Positions 1 to 14,700 of a DNA stretch of 64,000 nt are shown one piece after another. The position numbers were made by a program, and so were the translations under genes. Source of the DNA: Tubiluchus corallicola. Lineage: Eukaryota > Animalia > Priapulida. The stretch lies in contig JAQGDQ010000012.1 of NCBI GenBank assembly GCA_030141605.1, positions 1,471,341 to 1,535,340 on the forward strand, written 5' to 3'. The notes under the pieces are model-generated. The model did no database searches, was not told the DNA's origin, and saw nothing but the letters and a program-made list of their open reading frames with translations. The first letter of the stretch is position 1; the number at the start of each line of letters is the position of its first letter.

Positions 1-1786
1 CAGCGGCGCGTTCAGACTATAATACTACTATAAATGCGGAGTACGATCTTATTAACTTCTGTAATGTAAGCTAATAAATTAAGTGTTGAAATTTTATCCA
101 AATTTGATATAGTTTTTTATAGGCAAATATTAATTTTTATTGAAGTGATTTTTGGAAACCCAATAAAATTAATTCCGAATGTGAAGCTAAAATTGTTGTC
201 TTAATAACTCTGAATCTAATAAACTAACTAAAAATTGGAAGTTGATAAAATTTTGTGATTTTACAAAGAGTTTGCCATTTCTTAAGCGAAGGAATTTTTG
301 GAGCTCAGTCAATTTCTTCTAATCTTAAGTTGTTCAAGATTGCTTTTAAGATTAAGTTTGTAATTTTGGGTAGCTTTTGCAATTAGTGCTTGCTTTATTT
401 AATAATAAGTTTCTTAAATGCAAGTTTGACTTCTGGCATCTGTATTAAAAATAGTTTTAGTTGCAGTACAAAAGCTTCTAGGTCGATTATAATAGAGCTT
501 CGTGTCATATTAACCATTTTCTCAATTCAGAACATTATCTTAGCCGATCAACAGCATTATTATCATGCTCAACCTTGCTCTGTTTGCGAGACATAGCCCC
601 ATAACAAAGATTTAACGCCCGCCAAAACTGAGCCATAACCCTGTGCAAACGGAGCCATAACCCTTTCATGCTTGGCCATAACCCATTCAAGCTATAATCA
701 CTTTACTGCAAAATAATGGAGAGGGTGAATGGGTCCGAATCCGTTCCCTATAAATGTGTGAATGAAGTTATGACGGTTTTCCGAAAATATGGCACCTACA
801 AACCAAAACAGCAGATAACAGCAAGTAAACTGCTGGGCTATTAAAAACTAATTTCAAGCAAACAGACCATAACTGTTACATATAATATACAATCGTGCAG
901 CCAGGCTAACTTTCTATACTCAGTACAGTTCCTAAAATCCTCAGCAACAATATCGGCAAATAAAGGCAGACGTAACGATAACTATAGCAACGATGGCAAC
1001 GACAATGAGAACTGCAACACAGGCAACATTTCAACAATGACAGGCACATTACTATGAAATTCTTTATAGCCTAATCAATATAGTGAAGCGTTTCTGCACT
1101 AAGTCCCACACAGAGCATTTAAGGTGCGCTTATAACGCAATTATTACATTTTCGAAGTTTAGTTGAAATATGAATTATTGCTCCAAATTGTTGTAACGTA
1201 AAACGCTGTTCTTGTAGGCTATTTCTTTTTGCAAACTAATGTCGCGCAATACGATAACAAAATAAACTAGAAAGATTAAAAAGATTTAAAACAACCAAAC
1301 TAGAAAATGCCATACCATAATCGCCAAAGAACCCCAGTCACTAAACGCTGATAAGTGATAAAGCAAACCTAGTTCCTACGCATTAATTCCCAATTTTAAG
1401 TAGGTTGCATTAAAAACATACTTAAAATGAAATTTCACAATGTAGAAATTTTTTGAAGCTTGCATAGTTGTTATACAACTAGCAGATGTCAACACATACA
1501 GTCTCTACACCCAAATTAGGTTCAACATTCGGCATGTTTTTCTTCACAAGTAATTGTCGAATTCCATTCTCCTGTTTATTGTTCAAAGGCTGTAGCTAAG
1601 CTGACCAAATGACATGCAGAAATCTTTGAACAACATCGCTAATATAACATACTCCTATTTTGATGCAAGTTTCCGCATAATGTGTTTAATTCCAGTGGTT
1701 TCTGTGTAAAATCTAAAAATTAGGAAAGTTTGTACAAAATTCCATCATTTATAACAGATGTGAAACATGAATGGCGTTTGTCAAGG

Positions 1787-1787
<1 letters not shown>

Positions 1788-1817
<30 letters not shown>

Positions 1818-2420
1818 AATAATAATGCTGGTGATGGTAATGATATGACGACGACGATGATGATGGTGGTAGTAATGACATGATTATGATGAAAAAAGAA
1901 CACCAATGAGACTGCTTTCCAAGAAAGTCGTGTGCACTTACTTGGCAAGCAAATCATGCATCGTATAAGCCTTTGAACACAAGTTTTGCAAAATTGCTCT
2001 TTAAACTACTACACGGTCATTAACATCCTCAGTCCCTGGGGTTCTGTGCCGCGGTCCATCAATTTACCATTTAAGCAGATAGGGGCGATACTAAGGAATG
2101 CTCACACTCCTGCTTAGAAACTCAGAAAAAAGTGATCTCTCACAATAATCAGACTTTTTTAATGCACATTAACTATAAATTTCGCAACAAACCTGAGACT
2201 CATAAGTATATCTCAGCAGAAAATTACAAATACTGGTGGTTCAGATCAGGCACCCCTTGATGATTCCCATTCTAGAAATACATGTACTAGTACGTACACT
2301 AACTGGCTATGGGCCATACAGTTTGGACTAATGTCTGTGGAACGGAAATGAACACTGCCCGGTTGATTTGAACGACCTGACATTTCGGTTTCTTCAAAGC
2401 CAACCACTGAAGCTACTTAA
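1788..2420 (-). mobile_element. Putative tRNA-derived SINE with (CAT)n tail
   Basis: Minus-strand A-box-like TAGCTTCAGTGG (2404-2415) and B-box-like GTTCAAATC (2365-2373); the (GAT)n tract at 1788-1865 would be the tail. Confidence 0.4.
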
Positions 2421-5314
2421 CAAAGATAAGATGCCAGAAGTTGCACTCAGTGATATTTAAGAGTATTTTTATGGCTATTCGAAGATTGTTGGTCATTTTA
2501 AGGCAATTTTTACGTTGTTGTTTACAGTTAGTACCGGTGATTATTCTAACATCTGCGTGTTGATTTGCGCAATGTTCAGGAGTACGTTACGTTTAAAACA
2601 AATACGCACCGGTTTGTAGGTGCTAATTTCTCACAATATGACCGTAAATAAAAATAACAACAGCCTTTCGTTTTGATATGCGGGCCGCTATGTCGTCGTG
2701 CTGTTCCAGATGTTTCCAATTCAATAAAGTAGACTTGTTGAGAGTTCACATTAAATTTTTAAAACATGTACATAGAATATGATTGTATTGCATTGTATGT
2801 GGATAACTGAAACCAGGATTGTGACCGCTAGACACTGCCATGGTGACAAAACACCCGCAGTTCGAAATGGAGACTTACACGTAACTGTATTTTTTAATTG
2901 AAGAAATTCATATTTGAATATCTGCTTTAGTGTTCAAGCGCGTATTCCTTATTTCACATTTAATACTGCTAAAATGCTTGATTTAATTATTGTATTATAG
3001 CAGGCCTACATTTACGTTAATTTTATTTTTCACTCTGCGCAATCTATATTACTCAAGTGCTTCGTTTCATATTAAGTATCTCAGTTTATTAATATATGGC
3101 ACTGCTTAATTTAATGATGTTACAATTAAATAATTAATAGTCAAGTCACTCAAGTGCTTTAATTTTTAGTTTCCAAATCTCCATTATTACGCTTGATTTC
3201 TAATCAGCGAATCCCGTAGCTTATAACAGATAGGAGAATCATGCAGAAGCTTTTCACATCGTGCAGCGCTAAATCATCGTGAATGTTCAAACAAGTCAGT
3301 GGGAAGGCACATAAGTAAAAATGTTTTGGATATGACAAAGAAATCAAAAATTGTTTGTTAAGGTGATTGGCTAACTAAGAAAAATAGGGATTGAAAAAAC
3401 GTGGCAGCAGTGTCGCATAAAATGATAAAACATGAAACAAAGTTAGAAGAAACACTTAGAAGAAAAAAGGCGTAAAGGAAAAAGTGGATCTCGTCCGTTA
3501 TCTTGGAAGTTTTGCGATAAAATGACATGGCTCAGCAGTGATCTCAGTCGCAGCAAGAACTAGTTAGCCGTGGAGGAACTAATAACTAATATTTTTGTTA
3601 TTAGTTAATCGTTTTGTTAGCGGATTCAATCTGCAGATATTCATGTAAGCCCATACATGGAAAACGTTGCCGAAATTTATCAGGCCTCTTTTCTTTGGAA
3701 CATGGTCTTTTATTGAGTTATGTCAGCGTCGCATATCAGGTTAAAATCATATTACACCTGGGACGGCCACCAGTTCAGTGGGCATAATGCTCTGATATTT
3801 TTCTTTTGTTGTATTTTACAAACTTACAAAGTGGTCGCAGGTGGCATGCTGTGGGGAAGGGGTGGGGGGGGGGTGATACTGCCACTGTAATCGCACAAAG
3901 AGTAGCTAAATTACTTTGTCGAACGGTAAAAAACGCGGAGTGCTTTCTTTTATTTTTGATACAAATGTCTAAACGTCAGTACTCATTTGATGTACTGTCT
4001 CTTGTGCTCTTGTTCTGCCTGCGGGGTACTAAACAATAATTAATGATTTGTTTGTTTTAGATTATAGGTATATATAAGTATTTCTAAGCCTGAGGATAAA
4101 TGGCTCCAACCAATCGTACAACAGAAGCCCAGTTTTCGTGCGTGTGATATATGGCTAATTAAATTCCGAGAAATAACCAACGCGCCTTGCTTCCACAATT
4201 TCGAGGTAAATGAAGCCAGACGCACCACGTGGTCGCCTGGGCGCCGACTGGTGGCGCCAAACAAATATCAGGCGTTTGCTGGAATTTCCAGCATGCTATC
4301 TGGCCGGCGTGCAGTAATGGAAGAGTTAATGTTTTCGTCTCAAACTAAATAACGGCAGAAGTGTTGTGCTTGTTTGGAGCCAAATTTGGAATTCACGCAA
4401 CATTTAATGTATTTAAATATACAAAACCGCCGTGTCGGAAATACCTGCTAGATTCTTCATTTATTTCTACAAAATTAACAGAACAAAACTAATATTTGCT
4501 AAATAACTAAATCAAAGAAAATGCGACAAAAATTGAATAATTTCGGTGACAGCTATGAAAAATCGGAACATACAGTATAACTCCGAATAAATACAATGTA
4601 ACGCACAGTTGCATGCTTACAGTGCAGCAGTATATAATTTTGGCTAAGAATATTCAGCAACCTTTAGCGTATATTATTGCAATTGGTTTTAAATTAGGAA
4701 AACTGACATAAATACAAAACAGCTACTTTGAAAACTTATTGTAAAAAAAAGATAATCAAAATTTTGTATAATTTTACGTACAAACATGAGCTAAAGTGCA
4801 AATATACTGACAAAGTTGTAATACCAGTATAGTTATAGGCCTACTCAGCATACTCACACATTATTATGTATTATTATGTAACGTAAATATGTATGCAAGT
4901 ATACAACATGTTCGTTGATAATAGGCATCCTACTTTTTACTTGTAGCACTTCTGTTAATGATTAATGAAAGCTGAAATGTGTCATTTTCCTTCAGCTTTC
5001 ATTATCAGAAGTGCTGCAATTTAAATCAGCAGTAAAAAAGTAAAATTACTTAAAAAGGTAAAACTAAAAGGTAAAAGTAAGAGTAAATTAAAAGTAGTAA
5101 ATTAAAATCAGAATAAAAAGAATGTTAAGAAAATGTCCTTCACGTTTCAATTGTAAACTTACGATCTCATTTGACTTACTCAGTACTATATATGTCGGTT
5201 GTAATGTGTACTGCTGTACAGTGTTCAAACAAACAAAAAACCTTTACTAAAATATGCACTACAACAACGCAGTTATTATTTTCAATATAGCCATTAACGC
5301 TGCCCTGTGTTATA

Positions 5315-5860
5315 NNNNNNNNNNNNNNNNNNNNNNNNNNNNNNNNNNNNNNNNNNNNNNNNNNNNNNNNNNNNNNNNNNNNNNNNNNNNNNNNNNNNNN
5401 NNNNNNNNNNNNNNNNNNNNNNNNNNNNNNNNNNNNNNNNNNNNNNNNNNNNNNNNNNNNNNNNNNNNNNNNNNNNNNNNNNNNNNNNNNNNNNNNNNNN
5501 NNNNNNNNNNNNNNNNNNNNNNNNNNNNNNNNNNNNNNNNNNNNNNNNNNNNNNNNNNNNNNNNNNNNNNNNNNNNNNNNNNNNNNNNNNNNNNNNNNNN
5601 NNNNNNNNNNNNNNNNNNNNNNNNNNNNNNNNNNNNNNNNNNNNNNNNNNNNNNNNNNNNNNNNNNNNNNNNNNNNNNNNNNNNNNNNNNNNNNNNNNNN
5701 NNNNNNNNNNNNNNNNNNNNNNNNNNNNNNNNNNNNNNNNNNNNNNNNNNNNNNNNNNNNNNNNNNNNNNNNNNNNNNNNNNNNNNNNNNNNNNNNNNNN
5801 NNNNNNNNNNNNNNNNNNNNNNNNNNNNNNNNNNNNNNNNNNNNNNNNNNNNNNNNNNNN
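5315..5860. other. Assembly gap
   Basis: Run of N. Confidence 1.
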
Positions 5861-6769
5861 TATAGCTACATAGCTTATATGCCGTAAGTTAAATTATTAT
5901 AATTATAATACACCAACAAAATGAACTAATGTAATATATTCAAATTTCATATTATTGTATTTAAGAATCAGTTTTAATTTATTATTCGGCAAACAACATT
6001 CTTTACACTTCTATATCAACATAATAATAAGCATTGATTGTAAAATTGTCACACTGCCAAATTTGTCAAGCAAAACGCAAATAAGGTTAGGCTATACCCA
6101 AAATTTAATATGCATGCATACAGACATTTATTATAATAACGATATTTGAATAATATCCAGAATATTAACTTACACGGAGACAGTACTTCGTAATTTATTA
6201 AATTATATTGCTAACCAAACACTTGCGCTTCTTTTCTATATACTACCTGGGCAAACGCGGTATTGCTTTGATCTAATGATACTTGTACAGATTCAATTGA
6301 GAGATAATAGGCAGACGTTGCCCAGACAATTGACCAACAACGCACGCTCCTCTATGCAGAGGACCGCCGCTCCTTATTTGTCTGTTGCGTAATTGTTGTA
6401 GCAACACGTCTACAGGTATAGACAGATAAAGACAAAGGCTGGATGACACCCACATGAGTTGGACAGGTAACTCACCGAGTACTTTGGCGGCGTCTTTGAT
6501 CTTAGTCAAATCATGTAAGTTGGCAGCGTTATGTAGATAAATCGAAACTCTTTGGTATCAAAAAGAGCCAACAAAAGAACAAGAAAAGAAAGATTTTGCT
6601 ATTTGGATGAAACAAAAGTAATTAATTATAGATCACTGTGAGCTTTTTGTAAGGTAGTTCTCTCTCATAAGATTCCTAGCATAGCTGCTGTTCAACATAA
6701 GAGACAATGAGAAGCAGGATATTGCACACTAGGTATGTAGGAAGCGACACATGTAAAATGGTACAGGAA

Positions 6770-7780
6770 CAATAGTGCGGTAAAAACGGCACATGAAAAA
6801 AGGCACTAATGGCAAAGTAGGAAAAATGGCACATGCAAAACTGAAATATGCATCTCCGTATATACCAGCCTCCGTCAAAGCCGTACAATCCTAGCTATTT
6901 TAGTCTGATTTTTTCATAGGAAAAGCATAAAACAAAGATGAACATGCAAACGTATAAAAATATACCTATATATATATAAATAATTAGTTATTGGACTAGT
7001 GAAATGACGAACAAAATATTTTAAACATAAAATAAAATTGTAATCAGCAGTGCACGAATATGGTGCTTAGTGTTTGTCCACAACTCTTCGACCATTTTGA
7101 CATTGGTAATATAGGCTGACAGTTTTCAAAGAGAGAATTTCTCGAATGGAATCTGAAACATGAAACTAACTCGTACTCATTTATCCTGGCGGAGGTATTA
7201 ATTATCTTTCTCTATCTTATAGCCAAGCTCCTTTTTTAGCTATAAAATTCCTGCAGAGACGTCTATGAAAAACCGCACGAAGGCATTTTTGAACATGGTG
7301 TTCTATATATACCAACTTATGTGAAAAATGAGAAAAAGCGCCTCTCTAGGCAATTTTTCCCCTCCTTTGGCACCAAATTTGTTTTGCTTATCCCACTGTC
7401 AATGCCCAACATCTCTATAAAGTTTCCTGGAAATATGTTAAGTCACTTTTGCAGCGATGAAAACATAACCTCCTTGAAAGAGGTAATCGTTATCATTAGT
7501 CATTATTTATGATTCATTATTACTCACGAGTCACGAATAGTGCTTTTTGCGTAATACTGATAACCAACAGGCGAACAAACAAAGTAACCAATAAATAAGC
7601 AACAAACAAACAACAAACGATATAGCTTCCTTAACAGAAGTAAAAATGATTAATATAATTATCGTAAACACTAACCCTAACCCTAACTCATATTTTGTTA
7701 AATATGCCATCTTTCCTATTTTTCCATTTGTGCCCTTTTTCCGGTGCCATTTTTTACTGTGCCATGATACCGACCATTCT
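6770..7780. mobile_element. Foldback-like element with long imperfect inverted ends
   Basis: 6780-6836 (AAAAACGGCAC...AAAAAAGGCAC...GGAAAAATGGCAC) is an imperfect inverted match of 7703-7765. CTAACCCTAACCCTAA lies at 7671-7686. An internal HINE-like end AACATAACCTCCTTGAAAGAGGTAAT lies near 7462-7487. Confidence 0.5.
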
Positions 7781-8448
7781 CAAATCCTGACATGCTATTA
7801 AAAAGATCTATACGTTCATAAGGCACAACAGTTTACCCCTGTAAACAGCCCATAAGAAGAAAGTCCAAAAATGGCTTCAAACTGTTTGAAAATTTGATGA
7901 AATTAAGAGAACTCTGCGTGAACAGCATGTACGTCTTCCCTAGTAAGACAGGCTCGTTAAAGACATGATAGACAGCAGCAACCTAAGTGTTATTTTTCAA
8001 GCCATAAACTTGATGGAGACATAAAAGTCATTAAAATTCATATCCAGTGCAAACTAGAGACAAGGCCGAGACATGGGAGCAAACGGTGCACTCAAGCTGT
8101 TTTACAGACTCGAATCGACGTACAAGATTATATTTTACAATTCTACTTTGCTTAAGAAAAAAACAAACATCTGTGATCCATCACCAATCATTAGACAACT
8201 AAACATGTAGAGTGCCGACGAAATGATTCAAATAACGCTTTTGTTACTACAAACATATAAATTTGCATAATAGAAATATGCTATTAATAATATTGATTTA
8301 TGATTTTATAAGAATTACAGCTACTCCCAGCACAATATTTAGAATATACAGAGATCAATTATCAAATTAGCAATTCATCACTCTTTATAATGTGTTTATC
8401 AAGCAAGAACGTTAAACGCAAAATACTGTTTCATATTATAGAAATGCC

Positions 8449-8456
8449 CTCTTCTC

Positions 8457-8508
<52 letters not shown>

Positions 8509-8526
8509 GCTCTCTCTCGCTCTCTC
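8449..8526. repeat. (TC)n microsatellite
   Basis: Direct observation. Confidence 0.9.
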
Positions 8527-8789
8527 ATACACTTAGACAATTATAATTAATTTAATAAAATATATGTATTTATACGGTGATGGACAGACAGTTATTACCC
8601 GAATTTCTAAAAAAAAACTAAACCACCAAATCGTCAAACAGCAGTTTCTTAAATTGCATATTGTGTTTAGCAGGCACTGCTAAATCTCTCAGTTTACATA
8701 ACATTATTTTACGGCTCAGGTTCGCCAGTGTTGTTAGCAGCTGATAGTTCAACGAGCAAGAAAACTTGGTTCAGGCTCTAATTCAATGC

Positions 8790-8960
8790 CCACGACTAAA
8801 TAGTCATAAAGCTTTATGGCGGCCATATACAGACGCCATGCATATGTTTTTATTTATTGACGGTAATTTGACAGGATTAATGTCAGTATGAATAATGTGT
8901 GTCAAAGATGAACTGTCAATAACCTGCATTAAAACAATTACCAACAATTGCCAATTAAAT
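8790..8960. promoter_or_regulatory. Candidate Cdx-site-rich intronic enhancer
   Basis: Perfect 14-bp palindrome CATAAAGCTTTATG (8805-8818) within GTCATAAAGCTTTATGGC, plus TTTATTG and several TAAT cores nearby. Confidence 0.35.
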
Positions 8961-10689
8961 CTTTCACACTGAGCCAGAAATTAATGAACTTGCAGGAAAC
9001 TCTGTAAACTGCAGTTCCAATAAACGTTTGCACAGAAAGCAGACAAGTATGGAGCCCTCAACATGATTTGGACTCACTCGAAAATTCCTAGGCAAAGTAT
9101 ATTTTTAATTATCTAAATTAATCGTCGTAATAATTTTAATTACCTTAACACTTTTCGGTGCAATGAGTGGTTTTAAAAATCATTAAAAAATTACTCAAAT
9201 ATGTAATCATGGAATCATGTTTTATAATGCTACATGATACAAGGTTAAAGGCCGCAACTAAAACATTGAACTGCAATGACTGTGACACACATTTACTGCC
9301 TCCGACTTTGAATAAAATCGCTCTAAATTAAAAAGTTACGCTGAAGAACTTGCGCTAAACTAGCATTCTAGCAACAACCAACACAAAATGGCGACCTCGT
9401 CTGTTATTATATTTCCACTCCATTCATGTGTAGACACTAATATTGGCGCCATAAGGGCGGCTGATTGCTTTTTACGACCATGGGTGCTGAACAGCTCTCA
9501 GTGCTAATATTTTTTGCATGCAGAACCACAGATTATACGTTGTTTCAAACGTAATTAAATGAGAAGCCAGGCTAAAGAACTGTGACGTCACCAGTGCAAA
9601 CACATGCGCAGTAAAAACTAATACACCTTTAGGTGGTAACTCGTTTTTCATTTTAGGAAATTTTAAAAGTCTAACCTTTAATTAACCGTAGGTAGGTTAG
9701 CAATCAACCAATAAATTAACCTTTTGTAAGTAGAGTGAAACGCTCTTACAAAGCCAAATTGCAATAATTTATCTTAGTTAAATAGAAGTAATACACAGGT
9801 TCATTAAGAAACAAAACTGTCATGCCCAAAAATGTCGAGCCTACATTTTATTAAGCTTGAAAGAATAATTGTAATTAACAGTATAAGAAACAGGATTATC
9901 TCGATTCTCGAATGGCTCCTTCAACAAATTTTATCGTACATTTTACCGAAAACGTATACTACTAGCTGTATTCATAATAATACTTTTCCTTCTGTCCCAA
10001 ACCTTAAAATTGTCATCTGAAGCATAAATTTTTTTATAGCAGTCAAAGTTGAACCAGTGAAAAAAATCCAAATCAGTTATGGAATGTATTTACATACGAA
10101 ATTATCGAAATTAAGTTTCTAAAATAAATTTTGTTTGCACACCAATGTAATGCTAAACATATTAACCTGCGGCTGTGCGGGCAGTCTACATATAACGCAG
10201 TACACTTACAAGTTTATATGTGGTGTGTCTGATCTACGGTACATATAGGTTGGCTTACGTAGGTAGGTATGCCCTGCTAAAGCTGCTGTTCTTGTACACG
10301 AGCGATTCTCGGTACTCATACATATACAGTATTAGTGTAATAAAACAATTTGGAACAATTCACTTAGCTATAAAACTTATTTTGCGTGCACACACGTTCA
10401 AGGCTTTTAATTTCAAATAGCACTTTTTATCAAGCTCGTCACGAAAGATAATTAAACCACATTCAGTTGACTGAACATTCACACAGGTTAAAAAGAATAA
10501 AATAATAGTTAAAACTATATTTTAACCAACAATACTGACGAATAAATCAGATTAATAAATCTAAAGTTTATGTTAAACACAAATGGTGCAATGGCTAATT
10601 TATTAAAGAAAGATAACGCTGAAAATTCTTGAGCCAGGGAGGATTTCAGTTCGAGATATTGTAGTTAACCTCGCCGTCTATCAAATGAC

Positions 10690-10975
10690 CTACAGCTACA
10701 GACCCCAAGGCAAAGCACACCTGAATTCTTATTCTTGTAGTACGCAGGCAATCTGAGTACACCTATACCTATACAACAAAAGGGTGATATTATTTAACTA
10801 ATTAGCTGACAACACCTTAACAACAGATAATAACTTAATGTGAGAAACAATAAACCTTAAACCTGAACAACACTTAAACCTAACGACTAATTACTAATTA
10901 GCTAAAGAAGGAACTCTTAAATTGTGCACCGATCCGGACTTGAACCTAAGACTTTGAGTAGAACTGGCATGCCTG
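10690..10975 (-). mobile_element. Possible SINE fragment
   Basis: Good B box GGTTCAAGTCC at 10936-10946 on the minus strand; A box not evident and extent uncertain. Confidence 0.25.
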
Positions 10976-11672
10976 TACAGTTTTAAATTTTCTTACAAGT
11001 TTAATTAATTAATTATCAAAGTGTACTACGCATGTAAAATAGTATGCATGATATCATTTTGATATCATGTATATGGCACAATTGTGCTTTTTTGTAAAAT
11101 GCGTTAAACTTGGTTTTATTATTATTTATTTTAAACATTTTTTAATTAACCGACTGTTTTTAACAAAAAGTTTTTTTTAAAGATATAACATGAATCCAGC
11201 TCTGTAACATAAATAGTGAGTTCTGGAAATCTTCCAAATGCCACATAAGTACTGGGGTGTACACTATACAGCTTTATGGCTTGATCATGTTTTGAATTAT
11301 TATTCCGTGACCAAATTTTAAGAAATAAACCCTTTGCTATAGTGTGGCGCGGGAAAATGGCGGTTTTTACGAGCAGTGGGAGGGAAACTCACATAATTAT
11401 TATCGTTTGCGTGAGGTGGATCCGTCTCCTCTCTTTAGAAAAGGCGCCATGATTTTGAAAATTATTAAACTTTTGAGACCAATAAAATTCCGAAATTTGT
11501 AACGCACGCTTAAAAATGCTGCGTAGTTTCGTTCAGTTCAGTGGGCAACGGGTAGATGTGTATTACCTAAAATTATATTAGCCTACTTTAAGATTATTTT
11601 AAATATTTTAAAAATGATGAATTAAGCCCTGTATTGGTAAAAGGTGCTAAATGGCAGAATGATGTATATGCA

Positions 11673-11784
11673 GTATGTATGTATGTATGTATGTATGTAT
11701 GTATGTATGTATGTATGTATGTATGTATGTATGTATGTATGTATGTATGTATGTATGTATGTATGTATGTATGTATGTATGTAT
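11673..11784. repeat. (GTAT)n microsatellite
   Basis: Perfect tetranucleotide run. Confidence 0.97.
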
Positions 11785-14700
11785 ATATTCATTTATTTCC
11801 ATTAGAGTATTGGGCTGAAACAAGTGTTTAGCTTAAGAAAATCATATTTATATGCTACTGAACATATCTTATTAGTCTTACCTAACATTCCTTTCTGTCT
11901 TACCTCATGAGCTCAAAACATGTCAGTAGGAAGTGAGGAAAAATTTAAAAAAATGTTTTATATATGTTTTGTAAATATTGTGAAATCGTAGAATATTTAA
12001 AATCACTTTCCCACTGGCTAGCACTAACGTTTTAAATTTTTTCACTACTGATTTTTTTAGTTTTTTGTTTCGCATTACTATATTATCGTATATTATATTA
12101 CCATCACATAGCCTCTTCTTTGCGCCGTATGAACGCATGTTCTGATGATTATGGTATAAGCGGCAACACTACTGTTAATACGCTGATTTGGCAGAAAATA
12201 CGATACTTTTTAGCTTCCAATATGATAATCAACATCACAAAAAACGGCAACCCTAATCGAAAGTTAACCGTAGAAAAACATTGCTGTGTGATTGCCGAAA
12301 ACAACGATGTTATAATAATTATTGCGTATTACGTTTTAAATGAAAAAATACACTTTTATATGACTGTATCAGATAAGTACATGAATGTACAAAAAAAATT
12401 ATAAAATTCCCGGCCGGGGTGTCAATAAAAAATATTACCCGGGTAGTCGATTAGACGGAAATAGAAGTATTTTTATTGTCGGCCTTACACTTCTAAATAG
12501 CTATCCACATTGTTGTCAATACGGTTTTATATAAATGCAAGGGTTGCAGATGAAAAAGGTGTTTAAGATATTGAAGTAATTTATTTATGATAATATGCTA
12601 CAAAAATCTGATCATTACACTAAAAAGTATTTCTGCTTACAAATCTGTTTTATATAGGTCAAAAGAAAATAGATACTAGCTTTGCAGATATAAAACGCAA
12701 TTTACCAATAATATTAAAGATTTTAATTCGTAAACAGACCAGTAGGCACTTAGCTGTTTGGTGATTAAGTTCTCTGTTGCCGGCCCTTGCACGCTAGTGC
12801 AGCCCTACAAATGCTTTTTTTATGTTATTTGTGTCATTTTACTGTTTTGCACTCTTGTGCCTAAATAAAAAATATAAGTAATATAATGTAGATTATAGAC
12901 TTGAATAATATATATTACGAAAATGAGTAGGCTTAATTGATTGTTTATTAAAATATAATAACAGCACTTTATTAAAATTCATGTTCGTACCTTATATACA
13001 GCAATAACAAGAGCAAATCGTGTTCATTTATATTATAAGAATTAAGTTATCAATAAAATGCGCCGCTACTGTATATATGTTGGCCATAATATCATAAATT
13101 GTGATCATTATTGCTTTACTGCCACACGGCACAGCATGGCAGTCCAAGCCTTAAATCCACGCGTAAATATTATATTCATTTTATGAAAGGTACATTTTAA
13201 CTGTGTATATATGAATTTATTACATGTTAAAATAGCGATTAGCGGTCATTATTAGTTAAACATTTTAGGGATGTTTAAGATTTACGGTCTTCACCATCTA
13301 CGATCTATCAGCAATTAAATCAAGGCTTTATAATATTATTAGTGAGGATAATTTTCACGAACGTATAAAATTTCTTAATTTTGTTAAGAATCAATTTTTG
13401 CAGCTTGCAACACCACGGGGTTATAAGACGTAAATTTCCAAATGCTTTAGCCAAACACTACATTTAGGCCTTTAACATTGAGAAAATTCTAGTTTTTCAT
13501 GCACTTTTATTGTATCTTAATTTCGTGTTGCTTTGTCAGCACAGCCAGGTCCTTAAAAAGCAGTAAATAACTGTCATATTCTGAAACACAGTTCAAGTGA
13601 AACAAGTAGTAAATATGATTAGTAAGAAAGTAGTGAAAAGTAGTGGCCAAAAGTACCTAAACCATACAGAAACCCTCTCAAAGGGTTTCCACAAAACTAA
13701 ATATCATTTGGGCATGTAATTATAATAGTTTGGTAAATTGGAGAAGGGTAAACAACACATGAAGCCTTATGCCCATTCGGTAGCTACAATGTTTTAATTC
13801 ACGGAGGTTACTGAAACACACCTGCGTGGAACTAGGCAGTAAAAACTTGCGGCTTGCAGCAGGATTATTGTTATTAAAGTAGCTTTGATGTACATTCTGT
13901 GTAGCAAATTAGCAACTTTATTTGAAATGCAAATATTACTATAATGAGGGCTTTCTCTACGCAGTATATAATAATAATAGTAAAAATGTACATGTAGGAT
14001 TGGCTATGCGCAGGCCTATGTATGTTTACTATATGCATTTTAATTATGTGTAAATATAACTTGTGTGTGACTTTTTAGTAACTTTACTTCGATGTTCTTG
14101 TGTAAATTGAAACTGCATGAGAGGTGAAGGAATGTGCCAAATATTTATTCTTATTATCTTTTCGTGTTTTTTTCATTTAATTTTATTTTCTATTTATTTG
14201 TTTAGCATTAAGGATTCAGATTTATGAGTAATAAATAAGAACAAGCTATTAATCATTTAGTTATTTAATGTTCTTTTTTGCAAGTTTTACGCTAATCCTG
14301 AACTGAGGCAATTAACACGTTTCAGTTTATAATTAAACAATAGTACACTTCAGTTAGGCCTACTATACGCAAAGTAATATATAAATAATTTTTATATTTA
14401 ATATATATTTTGTTTGTAGATGATAACCATGCACGCATTGTCATATCATAGTTATTTCTGATATTTTGTGTCTCATTATGTACTGGGCTAAAGTACTTTA
14501 CCTATATGCCTGTACGTAATATTGAATTAAACACGCGAGTATACGTCTGTCGTAAAGAGAGTTTGATGAATTTAAAATGTGAAAATTAGTTTATAGCTTA
14601 GGCTTTTGCTGTCGGAACAACATTCTGCAGACTGATCTAAATGCCGACCCTACATAACTCTACAAAACCGCCTACGCAGTACCATATAGGCGGTGGCTTT

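Noticed and set aside
5254-5873. Long ORFs of X residues
   Set aside because: Artefact of the N gap.
6273-6509. 78-aa ORF as the missing Cdx exon 2
   Set aside because: No homeodomain residues; the TKIKD resemblance to TRTKD is incidental.
11634-11831. MYVC-repeat ORF, and similar ORFs at 31578-31797
   Set aside because: Microsatellite translations.
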